The notes beneath the pieces were generated by a model. The model did no database searches. It saw only the letters and a list, made by a program, of their open reading frames with translations, and was not told the DNA's origin. The translations under genes and the position numbers were made by a program. From contig OZ219918.1 in NCBI GenBank assembly GCA_964291415.2, positions 1,152,001 to 1,216,000 of the forward strand: a DNA stretch of 64,000 nucleotides. The letters run 5' to 3'. Each line of letters starts with the position of its first letter. Within the stretch, counting starts at the first letter, position 1. Of the stretch, positions 9,875 to 19,566 are shown in pieces. The stretch is from Alphaproteobacteria bacterium. GTDB taxonomy: Bacteria; Pseudomonadota; Alphaproteobacteria; SP197.

Positions 9875-12130
9875 ATGGTTGACAAGAATCACTCCGACGG
9901 CCTGGACATTACGGATGAACTGATCGCCGAGCGGCGCTCCGGAACACCCGGACAGACGCCTGAAGACATGACGCCGTGGATGCGCACGGTGGTGCATCAC
10001 ATCGATGTCATGAATCTCTGGGTTGGCCGCATCACCTGCCTGCTGCTGCTGCCCGTCATCTTTGCCATGGTCTACGAGGTTGTCGCGCGCAAGTTGTTCG
10101 TGGCACCGACCCTGTGGGCTTACGAAGTGAGCCGGATGTTCGCCGGCGCGCTGTTCATGCTGGGCGCCGGATATGCCCTGATGCGCGGCGTTCACATTCG
10201 CGCCGACTTTCTCTATCGCCACTGGCCGGTCAGGACCCAGGCGACTGTCGACGCGCTGCTTTATCTCACATTCTATTTTCCGGCCATGCTGTTTTTCTTC
10301 TGGGTGTCGGCGGACTACACGGTTGGCGCCTGGATCAGTGGCGAGCGGTCCATGGACACGACGATGATGGCTCCGCTGGCGCCGGCACGGACGGCCATGC
10401 CTTTGGGCGCCTTCTTCCTGATCCTTCAGGGGATCTCCGAGCTTCTCAAGTCTCTCCACAACATGGGTCCGGCACGACAACGCCGTTTCCTGATGGCGAT
10501 GCCCGTTTACGTTGTCCTGCTGGCCGTGCTCTTCCTGGGAACATTCGCACCACAGACCGTACCCATCGGGGAGTTCTGGTCGACCGTGATTTCCGGCACG
10601 GGACTTTCCGGAATCGCTCCCGAGTGGATCGGGGTGATCATGATCGGTGTCATGCTGTTCGCGATCTTCGTCGGGTTTCCGATCTCGTTCACCCTCGTCT
10701 TCCTCGGCTTCACGTTCGGTGCCTGGGGTTTCGGCGGCAAGCTGGTCTTCTACCTGCAGACGTTCCAGTTCAACAACGTCATGCTCGAGCAGACCCTGGC
10801 TGCGGTCCCGCTCTTCGTGTTCATGGGAATCCTGATGGAACAGGCGGGCCTCATGGAGAGGTTGTTCGCCGCCGTACAGCTCATGTTGTCGCGCACACGC
10901 GGCGCCCTCTACCTGGCGGTCATGTTCGTGTCGACGATCTTTGCCGCAGCGACCGGCATTGTCGGAGCGTCGGTGACCATTCTCGGCATCATGGCGGCCA
11001 AGACCATGAACAGGTCAGGCTACAACGTGCGGCTTGCAGCCGGGACGATCACGGCCGGCGGCACACTGGGCATTCTCATTCCGCCGTCGATCATGCTCGT
11101 GGTGATGGGACCCGTTTTGGAAGTTCCTGTCACCGACCTGTTCGCGGCGGCGATTGTCCCCGGCATCCTGCTTGCCGGCCTCTATGCAGCCTACGCGCTG
11201 TTTCGCTGCTGGCTGGACCCGACGCTGGGGCCCATCCTTCCGCCGGAAGCGCAACCCAAGACATCACCCTACTACTGGCTCGAAGCGGTCACGGTACTGG
11301 GGTCCATCGGCATATTCTTCGTCCTGGTGGTCCTGGCGCTTGCCGGAGAATTGACCGGCCTCTTCCCACTGTCCTGGGCGGTCATTCCGCTTGGCTGGAT
11401 GGGCTTCATGTATCTTGGTGCGGTCGCGATCCGCCGCACCAAACCCGCAGGATTCTATTTCTCGGACCTCTGGTACGAGTTCTTCATGGGACTCGTGCCG
11501 CCTTCGGCCCTCGTGGCGTTTGCGCTCGGCTCGATTCTCTTCGGCTGGGCGACACCTGCCGAAGGGGCCGGATGCGGGGCATTCGGCGCCCTCGTGCTGT
11601 CCGCCGCCTACGGAAAAATCTCGAGCAAGTCGCTGTTCAACGCGCTGGTCAAGACACTCGAAATCACGGTCCTCATCATGTTCCTGGTCGCGGCATCCAA
11701 CTTCTTCGGCGCCGTCTTCTCCAGGCTTGGTACCCCGACAATGCTCACCGAGCTGCTGCTCACGTGGGATCTTTCCGCGACGTTGATACTCATCATCATC
11801 ATGGCGCTGATCTTTCTGCTGGGATGGCCGCTCGAGTGGGTGCCGATCGTTCTCATCATCATCCCGATCCTGATCCCGGCGCTGGACAAGATCGGCATCA
11901 GCCTGACCTGGTTCGGCATCCTGGTCGCCGTCAACCTGCAGACGGCCTGGCTCAGTCCGCCAGTCGCCCTTTCCGCCTATTTCCTCAAGGGCGTGGTGCC
12001 GGAGTGGGATCTCAAGGACATCTACTACGGCATGATGCAGTTCATGGTCATCCAGCTGATCGGCCTTACCCTGATCTTCCTCTTTCCACAGCTCGCGTTG
12101 TGGCTGCCGTCCTACATCTACGGAGACTGA
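9875..12130 (+). CDS. TRAP transporter fused small and large permease (DctQ-DctM)
   Basis: N-terminal DctQ HIRADF motif; DctM GGTLGILIPPSIMLVV, ATPAEGA, NLQTAWLSPP. Confidence 0.92.
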   Translation: MVDKNHSDGLDITDELIAERRSGTPGQTPEDMTPWMRTVVHHIDVMNLWVGRITCLLLLPVIFAMVYEVVARKLFVAPTLWAYEVSRMFAGALFMLGAGYALMRGVHIRADFLYRHWPVRTQATVDALLYLTFYFPAMLFFFWVSADYTVGAWISGERSMDTTMMAPLAPARTAMPLGAFFLILQGISELLKSLHNMGPARQRRFLMAMPVYVVLLAVLFLGTFAPQTVPIGEFWSTVISGTGLSGIAPEWIGVIMIGVMLFAIFVGFPISFTLVFLGFTFGAWGFGGKLVFYLQTFQFNNVMLEQTLAAVPLFVFMGILMEQAGLMERLFAAVQLMLSRTRGALYLAVMFVSTIFAAATGIVGASVTILGIMAAKTMNRSGYNVRLAAGTITAGGTLGILIPPSIMLVVMGPVLEVPVTDLFAAAIVPGILLAGLYAAYALFRCWLDPTLGPILPPEAQPKTSPYYWLEAVTVLGSIGIFFVLVVLALAGELTGLFPLSWAVIPLGWMGFMYLGAVAIRRTKPAGFYFSDLWYEFFMGLVPPSALVAFALGSILFGWATPAEGAGCGAFGALVLSAAYGKISSKSLFNALVKTLEITVLIMFLVAASNFFGAVFSRLGTPTMLTELLLTWDLSATLILIIIMALIFLLGWPLEWVPIVLIIIPILIPALDKIGISLTWFGILVAVNLQTAWLSPPVALSAYFLKGVVPEWDLKDIYYGMMQFMVIQLIGLTLIFLFPQLALWLPSYIYGD

Positions 12131-12273
12131 CAGCGACACAGACATCGGCATTCATGGCGATGAGTGGTGTGGCCCGTGCTCAAGGGGGTGTCGTCGGCGC
12201 CATTTGCCGCGATTGCCGATCTGAACGGCCTTGTGTTCGCGATCCCCGGCCCAGGCCGGCACCGTCTCGGCGG

Positions 12274-12876
12274 TCAGATCCTGTCGGCGAATGAGGCGAT
12301 GCCGAGTTTGTGACGGAGGATCTCGTCGCGGCTCAGACCGTGGAGTTCATGGGGAAAGACCAGCCAGCTCTCGGTCTTGTGGATGTAGTAGTCCGGCACG
12401 CGGCCGGTGCGGTTGCTGTCCGGCTTGTAGTAGACCGTGGCGATCCGCGTGTCGTCAGGCGTGTTGCGGCGGGCCTTGCGGCGAAGATGGGAGATGACCG
12501 CATCGATGCTGAGGCCGGTGTCGAAGACGTCATCGACGATGAGCAGCCCCTGATCGGCGTTCACATTGTCGATGATGTACTGCATGCCATGCACCCGAAC
12601 CTTCTCGTGTTTCTGTGCTATGGACCGGTAGAAGGACGTGCGGATGGCGATGTGGTCGGTCTCCACACCGAAGAAATCGAGCAATTCCTGCACGGCAATG
12701 CCTACGGGCGATCCCCCGCGCCACACGCCGACAATGAAGGTCGGACGGAAGCCGCTGTCGAGGATCTGCATGCCCAGGCGGAAGGAATCCTCAAGCAGGG
12801 ATTCGGCGGTGATGTAGTGCTTGTCCACTGTCGCCGGTTCGGCGGATGATCGGACTGCTGTTGCTGCTTGTGCCAT
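12274..12876 (-). CDS. Type I phosphoribosyltransferase (purine PRT-like)
   Basis: GVWRGG; PRPP-binding LLIVDDVFDTG; WLVFPHE. Confidence 0.88.
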   Translation of the reverse strand: MAQAATAVRSSAEPATVDKHYITAESLLEDSFRLGMQILDSGFRPTFIVGVWRGGSPVGIAVQELLDFFGVETDHIAIRTSFYRSIAQKHEKVRVHGMQYIIDNVNADQGLLIVDDVFDTGLSIDAVISHLRRKARRNTPDDTRIATVYYKPDSNRTGRVPDYYIHKTESWLVFPHELHGLSRDEILRHKLGIASFADRI

Positions 12877-13006
12877 GGCCCACGACCTCAACCTTGGAAC
12901 GTCGGGGAGAGCACAGGTCTCTACCACCCTTGGCAGCGACTATGGTCATGCTCCCGATGTCGTTCAAGGCGATCCATCCACATGCCCGTGGCGGGAAGTC
13001 CAGGTC

Positions 13007-13384
13007 TCAGACCACGCGGTCGCCGGCATGGGACGAGGTGACCGCAAACCGGTAGCCGCCGGGCCCGTCGATGTGGAAGGTGTCGTGTATGCGCCCGCGC
13101 TCTATGTCGGTGGCGGTGACACCGGCGGTCGTGAACTCGTCGTGCGCCGCATCGATGTCATCAACCATGAGATCGAAGGGCGCCCCGGTGCCGGGTTCCA
13201 CCGCGTGGCGGGCCTGGCTCACCACCAGATGGGTACCGCCGCGCAACTCGAGAACTCCGAAGTTGTCGCCGCGGAAGATGTCGCGCATGCCGTGGCGCAC
13301 GAAGAATGCATAAGCCCCGTCGACGTCTTCCACCTCGATGCTTACGTGCCCCACCGCCAGTTTCGGTCTTCCATCGCTGCCCAT
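13007..13384 (-). CDS. VOC/glyoxalase family protein
   Basis: VGHVSIEVEDVD, LELRGGTHL, FDLMVDDIDA; GGAG RBS. Confidence 0.82.
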   Translation of the reverse strand: MGSDGRPKLAVGHVSIEVEDVDGAYAFFVRHGMRDIFRGDNFGVLELRGGTHLVVSQARHAVEPGTGAPFDLMVDDIDAAHDEFTTAGVTATDIERGRIHDTFHIDGPGGYRFAVTSSHAGDRVV

Positions 13385-13458
13385 TGCAGTCTCCTCCCCC
13401 AACGCCCCACAAGCTGGAGATCATACGATACATCGAAGAGTGGAGGCCAATCGGCGGT

Positions 13459-14694
13459 CTACTCGGCCGGTTGCATGACCCGGTTCCGCCGGAACATCGT
13501 TTCCCGGCCCGGCATCGGCCGGGCGGGAATCATGCAGGACAGAACAAGCGAAATGGCTGCCATGCCGGCGCCGACAAGAAACACAATCATGCGCCCGTCG
13601 GTATCGGCAACCCAGATGATGCCCAGCATCCACGGCATGGTCACCGCCGCAATATGGTTGATCGTGAAGGAGACGCCGGCGGTCGAGGCAATGTCTCCGG
13701 TTTCGGCGATCTTGCGGAAGTAGCTCTTGATGGCGATGGCAAGGGCGAAAAAGAGATGATCGAGGATGTAGAGCGCAGCGGCCATCCAGGCGATCTCGAC
13801 AAACGCGTAGGCGACGAAGATGCCGATCAGTCCGACGTACTCCAGTATCAGCGCCGGCCTTTCGCCCCACTGCATGATCAGGCGTCCGACCCGCGGCGCC
13901 AGCCAGATGGCGATGACGTGGTTGGCTGCGAACAGAGCGACGACGGCTTCCGGGCGGTAGCCGAACTCGGCGACCATGAGGAACGCGGCGAAGCCGACGA
14001 AGATCTGGCGGCGTCCCCCGGACATGAACTCCAGCGCGTAGTAGAGCCAGTAGCGCCGGCGCAGGACGACCGTCATGGTCTGGAAGCTGGATTCCCCGAA
14101 ACGCGGGAAGAACATCCAGCAAAAGAGACCGAGCCCCAGAGTGGCCGATCCGGAAATCAGGTAGACGATCCAGTAGGGTGAGTCCAGGAACTCGAATGCG
14201 ACATAAACGAAGGCGTAGGCGACCAGGGATCCGGCGGCAGCCACGGCAGCCATGCGACCCAGCACCAGCGGCAGTTCCTCCTTCGACGTCCACTGCATGG
14301 AGAGCGACTGTTCCATGGTTGCGAGGTAGTGGAAGCCGGTCGACATCACCATGGTCGTGAAATAGAGCCCCCAGACCGTAGGCAACAGGCCGGTCAGGGC
14401 GACTCCCAGGCCCAGGACGCTGAGCGCAAGTATGGCGAAGGTCTGCTGGCGCCAGATAAGCAGCGTGTAGACAACCGTGAAGGCAAGGAACCCGGGTACT
14501 TCACGCACGGATTCGAGAATGCCGCGTTCCAGCCCGGTAAAGTTCACCACGTCGACGGCGAAGTTGTTGATCAGCGCCGACCACGGCTCGAAGGCGATGG
14601 GGATGGATGCGGCGAAGATCAGCAACAGGATCTGGGGACTGCGCCAGCCGTGTTGCAGCACTCCCTGCCAGTCACGGAAAAGGCGGCGGCGCAC
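13459..14694 (-). CDS. MFS transporter
   Basis: About 12 TM helices; ESVREVPGFLAF, RRQIFVGFA, FTINHIAAV. Confidence 0.85.
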   Translation of the reverse strand: MRRRLFRDWQGVLQHGWRSPQILLLIFAASIPIAFEPWSALINNFAVDVVNFTGLERGILESVREVPGFLAFTVVYTLLIWRQQTFAILALSVLGLGVALTGLLPTVWGLYFTTMVMSTGFHYLATMEQSLSMQWTSKEELPLVLGRMAAVAAAGSLVAYAFVYVAFEFLDSPYWIVYLISGSATLGLGLFCWMFFPRFGESSFQTMTVVLRRRYWLYYALEFMSGGRRQIFVGFAAFLMVAEFGYRPEAVVALFAANHVIAIWLAPRVGRLIMQWGERPALILEYVGLIGIFVAYAFVEIAWMAAALYILDHLFFALAIAIKSYFRKIAETGDIASTAGVSFTINHIAAVTMPWMLGIIWVADTDGRMIVFLVGAGMAAISLVLSCMIPARPMPGRETMFRRNRVMQPAE

Positions 14695-14697
14695 GGT

Positions 14698-15501
14698 TCA
14701 GCCGTCGAAGCTGTAGGAGTCCATGTCGAATCGCGGCTGGCCTGTGACACCGGTCAGGCCGCCGTCGCAGACGAGCATGGTGGAGTTGACGAAGCTGGCA
14801 TCGTCGCTGGCCAGAAAGCAGATGGCGGCGGCGCACTCCTCGGGCGTGCCGATGCGCCCGAGAGGGGTCGATCGGGCATAGGCGGCAGCCTGTTCGGGTG
14901 CTGTTTCGAGGCTTCCCAGCATGCGCTTGGTGCCGATGGGGCCAGGGCAGATCGCATTGGCACGGATGTTGTATCGTCCGACTTCCCAGGCAAGGCACTG
15001 GGTGAGATTCCAGATCGCCGCCTTCGCGGCATTGTAGGCACCCCAGCCGGGATCGCCGGCAAGGCCGGAGATTGACGACATGTTGACGATGGCTCCGCCG
15101 CCCGTCGTCTTCATCCGGCGCACCGCCAGGCGGCAGCAGATAACGGTCGACAGCACGTTGAGACGCCACAGGCGTTCCCAGTCGCTGCTGGCCAGATCCT
15201 CGACGGTCCCGAACATGGAGTTTCCGGCAATGTGGATCGAGGCGTCGAGCCTGCCATCCGGCGTGTCGTCGAGTGTCGCAAACGCGGCCTCGATTCCGGA
15301 CTCCTCCATGACATCCGCCACGACCGCCGTCACGTTCCTGCCGGCAGCTTTCAACGGATCGACCGCATCCTCGAGATCGCCGGCCACATGATCGACGGCG
15401 ACGACGGTGGCGCCTTCGCTTGCCAGTCGTTCCATCGTCGCCCTGCCGATGCCGTTGGCGGCGCCCGTCACGAGGGCCACCCTGTCTTCGAACCGGTTCA
15501 T
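14698..15501 (-). CDS. Short-chain dehydrogenase/reductase
   Basis: TGAANGIG, IVNMSS, YNAAK. Confidence 0.9.
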   Translation of the reverse strand: MNRFEDRVALVTGAANGIGRATMERLASEGATVVAVDHVAGDLEDAVDPLKAAGRNVTAVVADVMEESGIEAAFATLDDTPDGRLDASIHIAGNSMFGTVEDLASSDWERLWRLNVLSTVICCRLAVRRMKTTGGGAIVNMSSISGLAGDPGWGAYNAAKAAIWNLTQCLAWEVGRYNIRANAICPGPIGTKRMLGSLETAPEQAAAYARSTPLGRIGTPEECAAAICFLASDDASFVNSTMLVCDGGLTGVTGQPRFDMDSYSFDG

Positions 15502-15532
15502 GGCCTCGACATAGCGCCTCCGGCTCAGCGAC

Positions 15533-15648
15533 GCCAGACAATCCGCATGGGCAATCCTCGTCTGAATGGCGTGCTCATGGAGAACGGGGGTGCCCGTATC
15601 GTCCCGGTGATCGATCTGGTTTCCGAAGCCGCAGACATGCTGGCCTGA
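15533..15648 (+). pseudogene. Decayed copy of the leader and 5' end of the IMPase-ARH gene
   Basis: Aligns with 16842-16980; PVIDLVSEAADMLA* vs PVIDAVSEAADMLVW. Confidence 0.8.
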
Positions 15649-15772
15649 AGGCCGCAGAACATCGATCATGCCGCTGGTGGTCCCGCTTCCAACCGTCTTG
15701 TGTCGTACGCCCCTGATTCCAGATGATTGGATCGAGGCGCTAGAATGAGCCCGGTATCGGGGGGGCTCCATC

Positions 15773-16612
15773 ATGTCTGATATCGCAGTGCATCCCTATT
15801 CCACTGCCATCGGCGCAGAAGTGGTGGGAATCGATCTGTCCCGGGCGCTCGACGACAAGACGTGGTCAGTGTTGCACGACGCCTACCTGGATCACCTCGT
15901 CCTGTTCTTTCGCGATCAGAACCTCACACCCGAGCAACAGGTCGCCTTTTCGCGTCGCTTCGGCCGCCTCGAGGAGTATCCCTTCGTGCATGGAATCGAC
16001 GGCTTCCCCGAGCTCATCGAAATCGTCAAGGAGCCAGACGAAGTCATCAATTTCGGCCATCTCTGGCACACGGACATGACCTTTCGCGAACAACCGCCGG
16101 CCGGCGCGGTTCTCTACGCGCTCGAGGTTCCCCCGGTCGGCGGCGATACACTGTTCGCCAACATGTACCTTGCCTGGGACATGCTGTCGGAGGGCATGAA
16201 GACCGTGCTGCGTCAACTCCGCGCGGTCCACGATTCGGGCACACCGAAACGCCATACCGCCACCTTCAAGGGAATGAAGATGCAGCACAGGCGGGGATCG
16301 GAGCAGCAGATCACGGCCCACCCCTTTGTCCGGACGCACCCCGAAACCGGCCGGGAGTCACTCCTCATCTCCCCCAGCTACTGCCACCGCATCGAAGGCA
16401 TGACCGACGAGGAGAGCCGGATGATCCTTGACTACCTCGAGCGCCATGCGACCCGGGACATCTTCACCTGCCGCTTTCGCTGGCAGCCCGGTACCGTCGT
16501 CATCTGGGACAATCGCTGCACCATGCACATCGCCCTCGAGGACGACCTTGCCGCCATTCGCGGCAACCGGGGCTTCCGTCGCGTCATGCGGCGCGCCACC
16601 ATTGGTGGCTGA
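15773..16612 (+). CDS. TauD/TfdA family Fe(II)/2OG dioxygenase
   Basis: WHTD, GGDTLFAN, HPFVRTHPETG, WDNRCTMH, terminal Arg motif. Confidence 0.92.
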   Translation: MSDIAVHPYSTAIGAEVVGIDLSRALDDKTWSVLHDAYLDHLVLFFRDQNLTPEQQVAFSRRFGRLEEYPFVHGIDGFPELIEIVKEPDEVINFGHLWHTDMTFREQPPAGAVLYALEVPPVGGDTLFANMYLAWDMLSEGMKTVLRQLRAVHDSGTPKRHTATFKGMKMQHRRGSEQQITAHPFVRTHPETGRESLLISPSYCHRIEGMTDEESRMILDYLERHATRDIFTCRFRWQPGTVVIWDNRCTMHIALEDDLAAIRGNRGFRRVMRRATIGG

Positions 16613-16911
16613 TGCCACGTGCGACAGTGCTGCCATGCGTGTTCGCAGCAGGTGCCGCGGATCGAGCGCTGCATGTTCATCGCGGGCAAGTTGCATGAAT
16701 TCTCAATGAAATCCAATACCACACTGTAATAGTGAAACAAAATCTCTTCCCCTCAACATCGCATGACGGATGAAGCAGGGCCGGGGACCAAGTCGAGTGT
16801 AGAGTTTCTGCAGATTTTGATGGTGCCCAGTCACCCTGAATGCCCGACCATCCGCAACGGATGCCCCGGATGGGCTATCCTCGCCTGGATGGCAGATTAG
16901 GGAGAACATGG

Positions 16912-18735
16912 GTGCGTGTTTCGTCTCTTCTGGCGCCGGTGATCGATGCGGTCTCTGAAGCCGCAGACATGCTGGTCTGGGAATCACGCCGTCCGGAGGG
17001 ACCGCGTGGTGCCGGTGACAAGGCCGACATCGACGTCGAGATCGAGAATCTTCTCGCCTTGCGGCTCGTGAACATCCTGCCGGCGCGCTTTGTGGGTGAG
17101 GAAACGCCGGCGCGCACCGGTGACGGATCACCCTGGTGCTGGCTTGTGGATCCGCACGACGGCACGTGGGCCTGGCTCCAGGGATATCGGGGTTCCTCGG
17201 TGTCGGTCGCCCTGCTCGACGACGGGGTGCCGGTGCTCGGCGTCGTCTGCGCGCCCTTGAGTCCCGATCGCGGCAGGGACCTCATTGCCTGGGCCGAAGG
17301 ATGCGCCAACCTGCTCCGCAATGGTGCCGATGTGCCGGTCGATCTCGCCGCGGATGAACTCTGCGACAAGGCGCTCGTCTTCGTTGACCACACCGCATCG
17401 GCCAGACCGGTTGCCTGGGGCCGCGCCGTGGCGCCGGCGCGCTTCGTCGCCCTGCCGGGCATCGCCTACAGGCTGGCCCGGGTGGCGGCCGGGGACGGCG
17501 TCGCCACCCTTTCCGTGGGTGGGCCGCGGAGCATCGACTATGCTGCCGGCCACGCCCTGCTGCGCGGTGCCGGGGGAGTGCTTCTCGATGAAACCGGCAG
17601 GGAGGTCGTCTATTCCCGGGATGGCGCCGGCCGCGTCCGGCGGTGTTTTGCCGGGGCGCCTGCCGCCGCACGTGAACTGGCCACCCGTTCATGGCCGCCA
17701 CGGCGATGCGAGGAGCCGTCACGGATGAAAGTGGGGCTGACCTGGCCTGCAACCGTGTGTGACGACGTGCTCGACCGGTCCAGGGGTTGCCTCTTCGGCC
17801 AGGTGGTTGGCGACAACCTGGGCGCGTTGGTGGAGTTCATGAACGAGAGCGCGATTGGACGTCACTGTCCCGGAGGCGTTCGCGATCTCAGAGACGGCGG
17901 GTGCTGGAACATCCTCGCCGGTCAGGCGACAGATGACAGCGAGCTTGCCCTCGCCCTTGCGAGAACCCTCGTCAGCACCGGACGCTATGACGAGGAAACT
18001 GTCGCCGCCGCCTACGGCGCATGGCTGCGGTCCGGTCCCTTCGATTGCGGCAACACCACCGCCCGGGCGCTCGGCCCGGCCTCTTGCGCCGCCGACGGAA
18101 TGAAGGCCGCCGCCGCCAGGTCTTCGGCCAGCAAGGAGAGCCAGGCCAACGGATCTCTCATGCGGATCGCGCCCATCGGCATCTGGGCTGGGAAGCCGGG
18201 TCTCGCCGACCGGACGGCTCGTGAGGACTCAGGATTGACCCATCCACATCCGGTGTGTGTCGACGCCTGCGGAGTCTTTGCAGCCGCCATCTCGGAGGGA
18301 CTGCGTTCCGGCGATCGGGCCGCCATGATCGACGTGGCCCGGGCTCATTGCGCCACGCAGGAAATCGCGGATTGCCTCGAAGATGCCGTCGCCGGCACAT
18401 GGCCGGAAGTCTTCGATGAGGACTCCATGGGCTGGGTTCTCATTGCCTTCCTGAATGCCTTCTGCCATCTCGCCCGAGGCGACACGATCGAGGAAACCCT
18501 GGTGAAGACGGTAGCGAGGGGAGGGGACACCGACACCAACGCTGCCATCGCCGGCGCCCTGACGGGAGCGGCTGATGGACTGAAGTCCTTTCCCCTGCGC
18601 TGGGTTCTGCCGGTTCTGGCCTGCCGCCCGGACGGGGCGCTCGGTGCAGCGAGACCGCGTCCGATGATCTACTGGCCCGATGACCTGGCCGGCCTCGCGG
18701 AGGCCCTGGTCACCGCCCGTCAGAACGTGACGTAG
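16912..18735 (+). CDS. Inositol monophosphatase-family / ADP-ribosylglycohydrolase fusion
   Basis: GEE..WLVDPHDGT and DYAAGHALLRGAGG (IMPase); GDNLG, ATDDSE, NGSLMR, GGDTDTNAAIAG (ARH). GTG start chosen from GGAGA RBS; start uncertain. Confidence 0.85.
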   Translation: MRVSSLLAPVIDAVSEAADMLVWESRRPEGPRGAGDKADIDVEIENLLALRLVNILPARFVGEETPARTGDGSPWCWLVDPHDGTWAWLQGYRGSSVSVALLDDGVPVLGVVCAPLSPDRGRDLIAWAEGCANLLRNGADVPVDLAADELCDKALVFVDHTASARPVAWGRAVAPARFVALPGIAYRLARVAAGDGVATLSVGGPRSIDYAAGHALLRGAGGVLLDETGREVVYSRDGAGRVRRCFAGAPAAARELATRSWPPRRCEEPSRMKVGLTWPATVCDDVLDRSRGCLFGQVVGDNLGALVEFMNESAIGRHCPGGVRDLRDGGCWNILAGQATDDSELALALARTLVSTGRYDEETVAAAYGAWLRSGPFDCGNTTARALGPASCAADGMKAAAARSSASKESQANGSLMRIAPIGIWAGKPGLADRTAREDSGLTHPHPVCVDACGVFAAAISEGLRSGDRAAMIDVARAHCATQEIADCLEDAVAGTWPEVFDEDSMGWVLIAFLNAFCHLARGDTIEETLVKTVARGGDTDTNAAIAGALTGAADGLKSFPLRWVLPVLACRPDGALGAARPRPMIYWPDDLAGLAEALVTARQNVT

Positions 18736-19520
18736 CGCCGCGAAGCGTGGGGTGCGAGCAGACGAGCATGCTGGTGGACCGCCTCCCGGGAAAGATCGCT
18801 TGAAGGCGGTTGCTCCAGAATGAGATTGCCCTCGTGGCGCCCCCTCACCGCCATGGCCGATACCGGCGGCCCGCCGGTCCACCTGATGCGTCCCGGGAGA
18901 TAGCGAATGCAGATCCCCGTTCGTGGATTGTCCGTCGTGTTCGCTCCGGAGCCATGAACCAGCAGGGCGTGGTGGAGCGACATGGCGCCGGGTTCGAGTT
19001 CGTTGTCGTAAACCGGCCACGCCGCAGTATCGATCCTCGCAGTCTGGCCGTGAGACAGCATGTTGTCCGCACCCAGGCGTTCGTCGTGGACCACGCGGCC
19101 GAGCCGGTGGGATCCCTCAAGGAAGCGCATGCAGCCGTTGGCGGAGGTCGCCGGCGTCAGAGCAACCCAGGCCGTGACGATGTCGAGCGGATCGAGGTTC
19201 CAGTAGCCGGCATCCTGGTGAAAGGAGATGTGGCGCCGGTCTCGCGCGGGCTTGGTCCAGATGTCTGCGCTCATCACCATGATGTCCGGACCCGTCAGCC
19301 GCTCCACCGCATCGAGGATCGCGGGCCGGCGGACCAGCCGGTCCATCCACGTGAAGAGCAGATAGGACTTGTAGTACCAGGGGTGCGGCAGGTCGACGTC
19401 GACCGCTTCGAGCCAGGCGAGGGTAAGGGCGGCATCATCAGCCGGCATGGCGACGAGCGGCGCCGCAAATCCCGAGGCGCGATAATCCCCGATGTCGTGC
19501 CGTGTTCCCGACGCCGTCAT
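18720..19520 (-). CDS. Phytanoyl-CoA dioxygenase (PhyH) family protein
   Basis: FHQDAGYW, NGCMRFLEGSH, VHGSGANTTDNPR. Confidence 0.9.
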   Translation of the reverse strand: MTASGTRHDIGDYRASGFAAPLVAMPADDAALTLAWLEAVDVDLPHPWYYKSYLLFTWMDRLVRRPAILDAVERLTGPDIMVMSADIWTKPARDRRHISFHQDAGYWNLDPLDIVTAWVALTPATSANGCMRFLEGSHRLGRVVHDERLGADNMLSHGQTARIDTAAWPVYDNELEPGAMSLHHALLVHGSGANTTDNPRTGICIRYLPGRIRWTGGPPVSAMAVRGRHEGNLILEQPPSSDLSREAVHQHARLLAPHASRRYVTF

Positions 19521-19566
19521 TCTTGCAGTACACTCCGCCCCGACAAGACTACCGCCAGGAGATACC

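Noticed and set aside
9976-12294. Long alternative-frame and antisense ORFs (this one and many others)
   Set aside because: Arg/Pro/Gly-rich shadows of GC3-biased genes, with no motifs.
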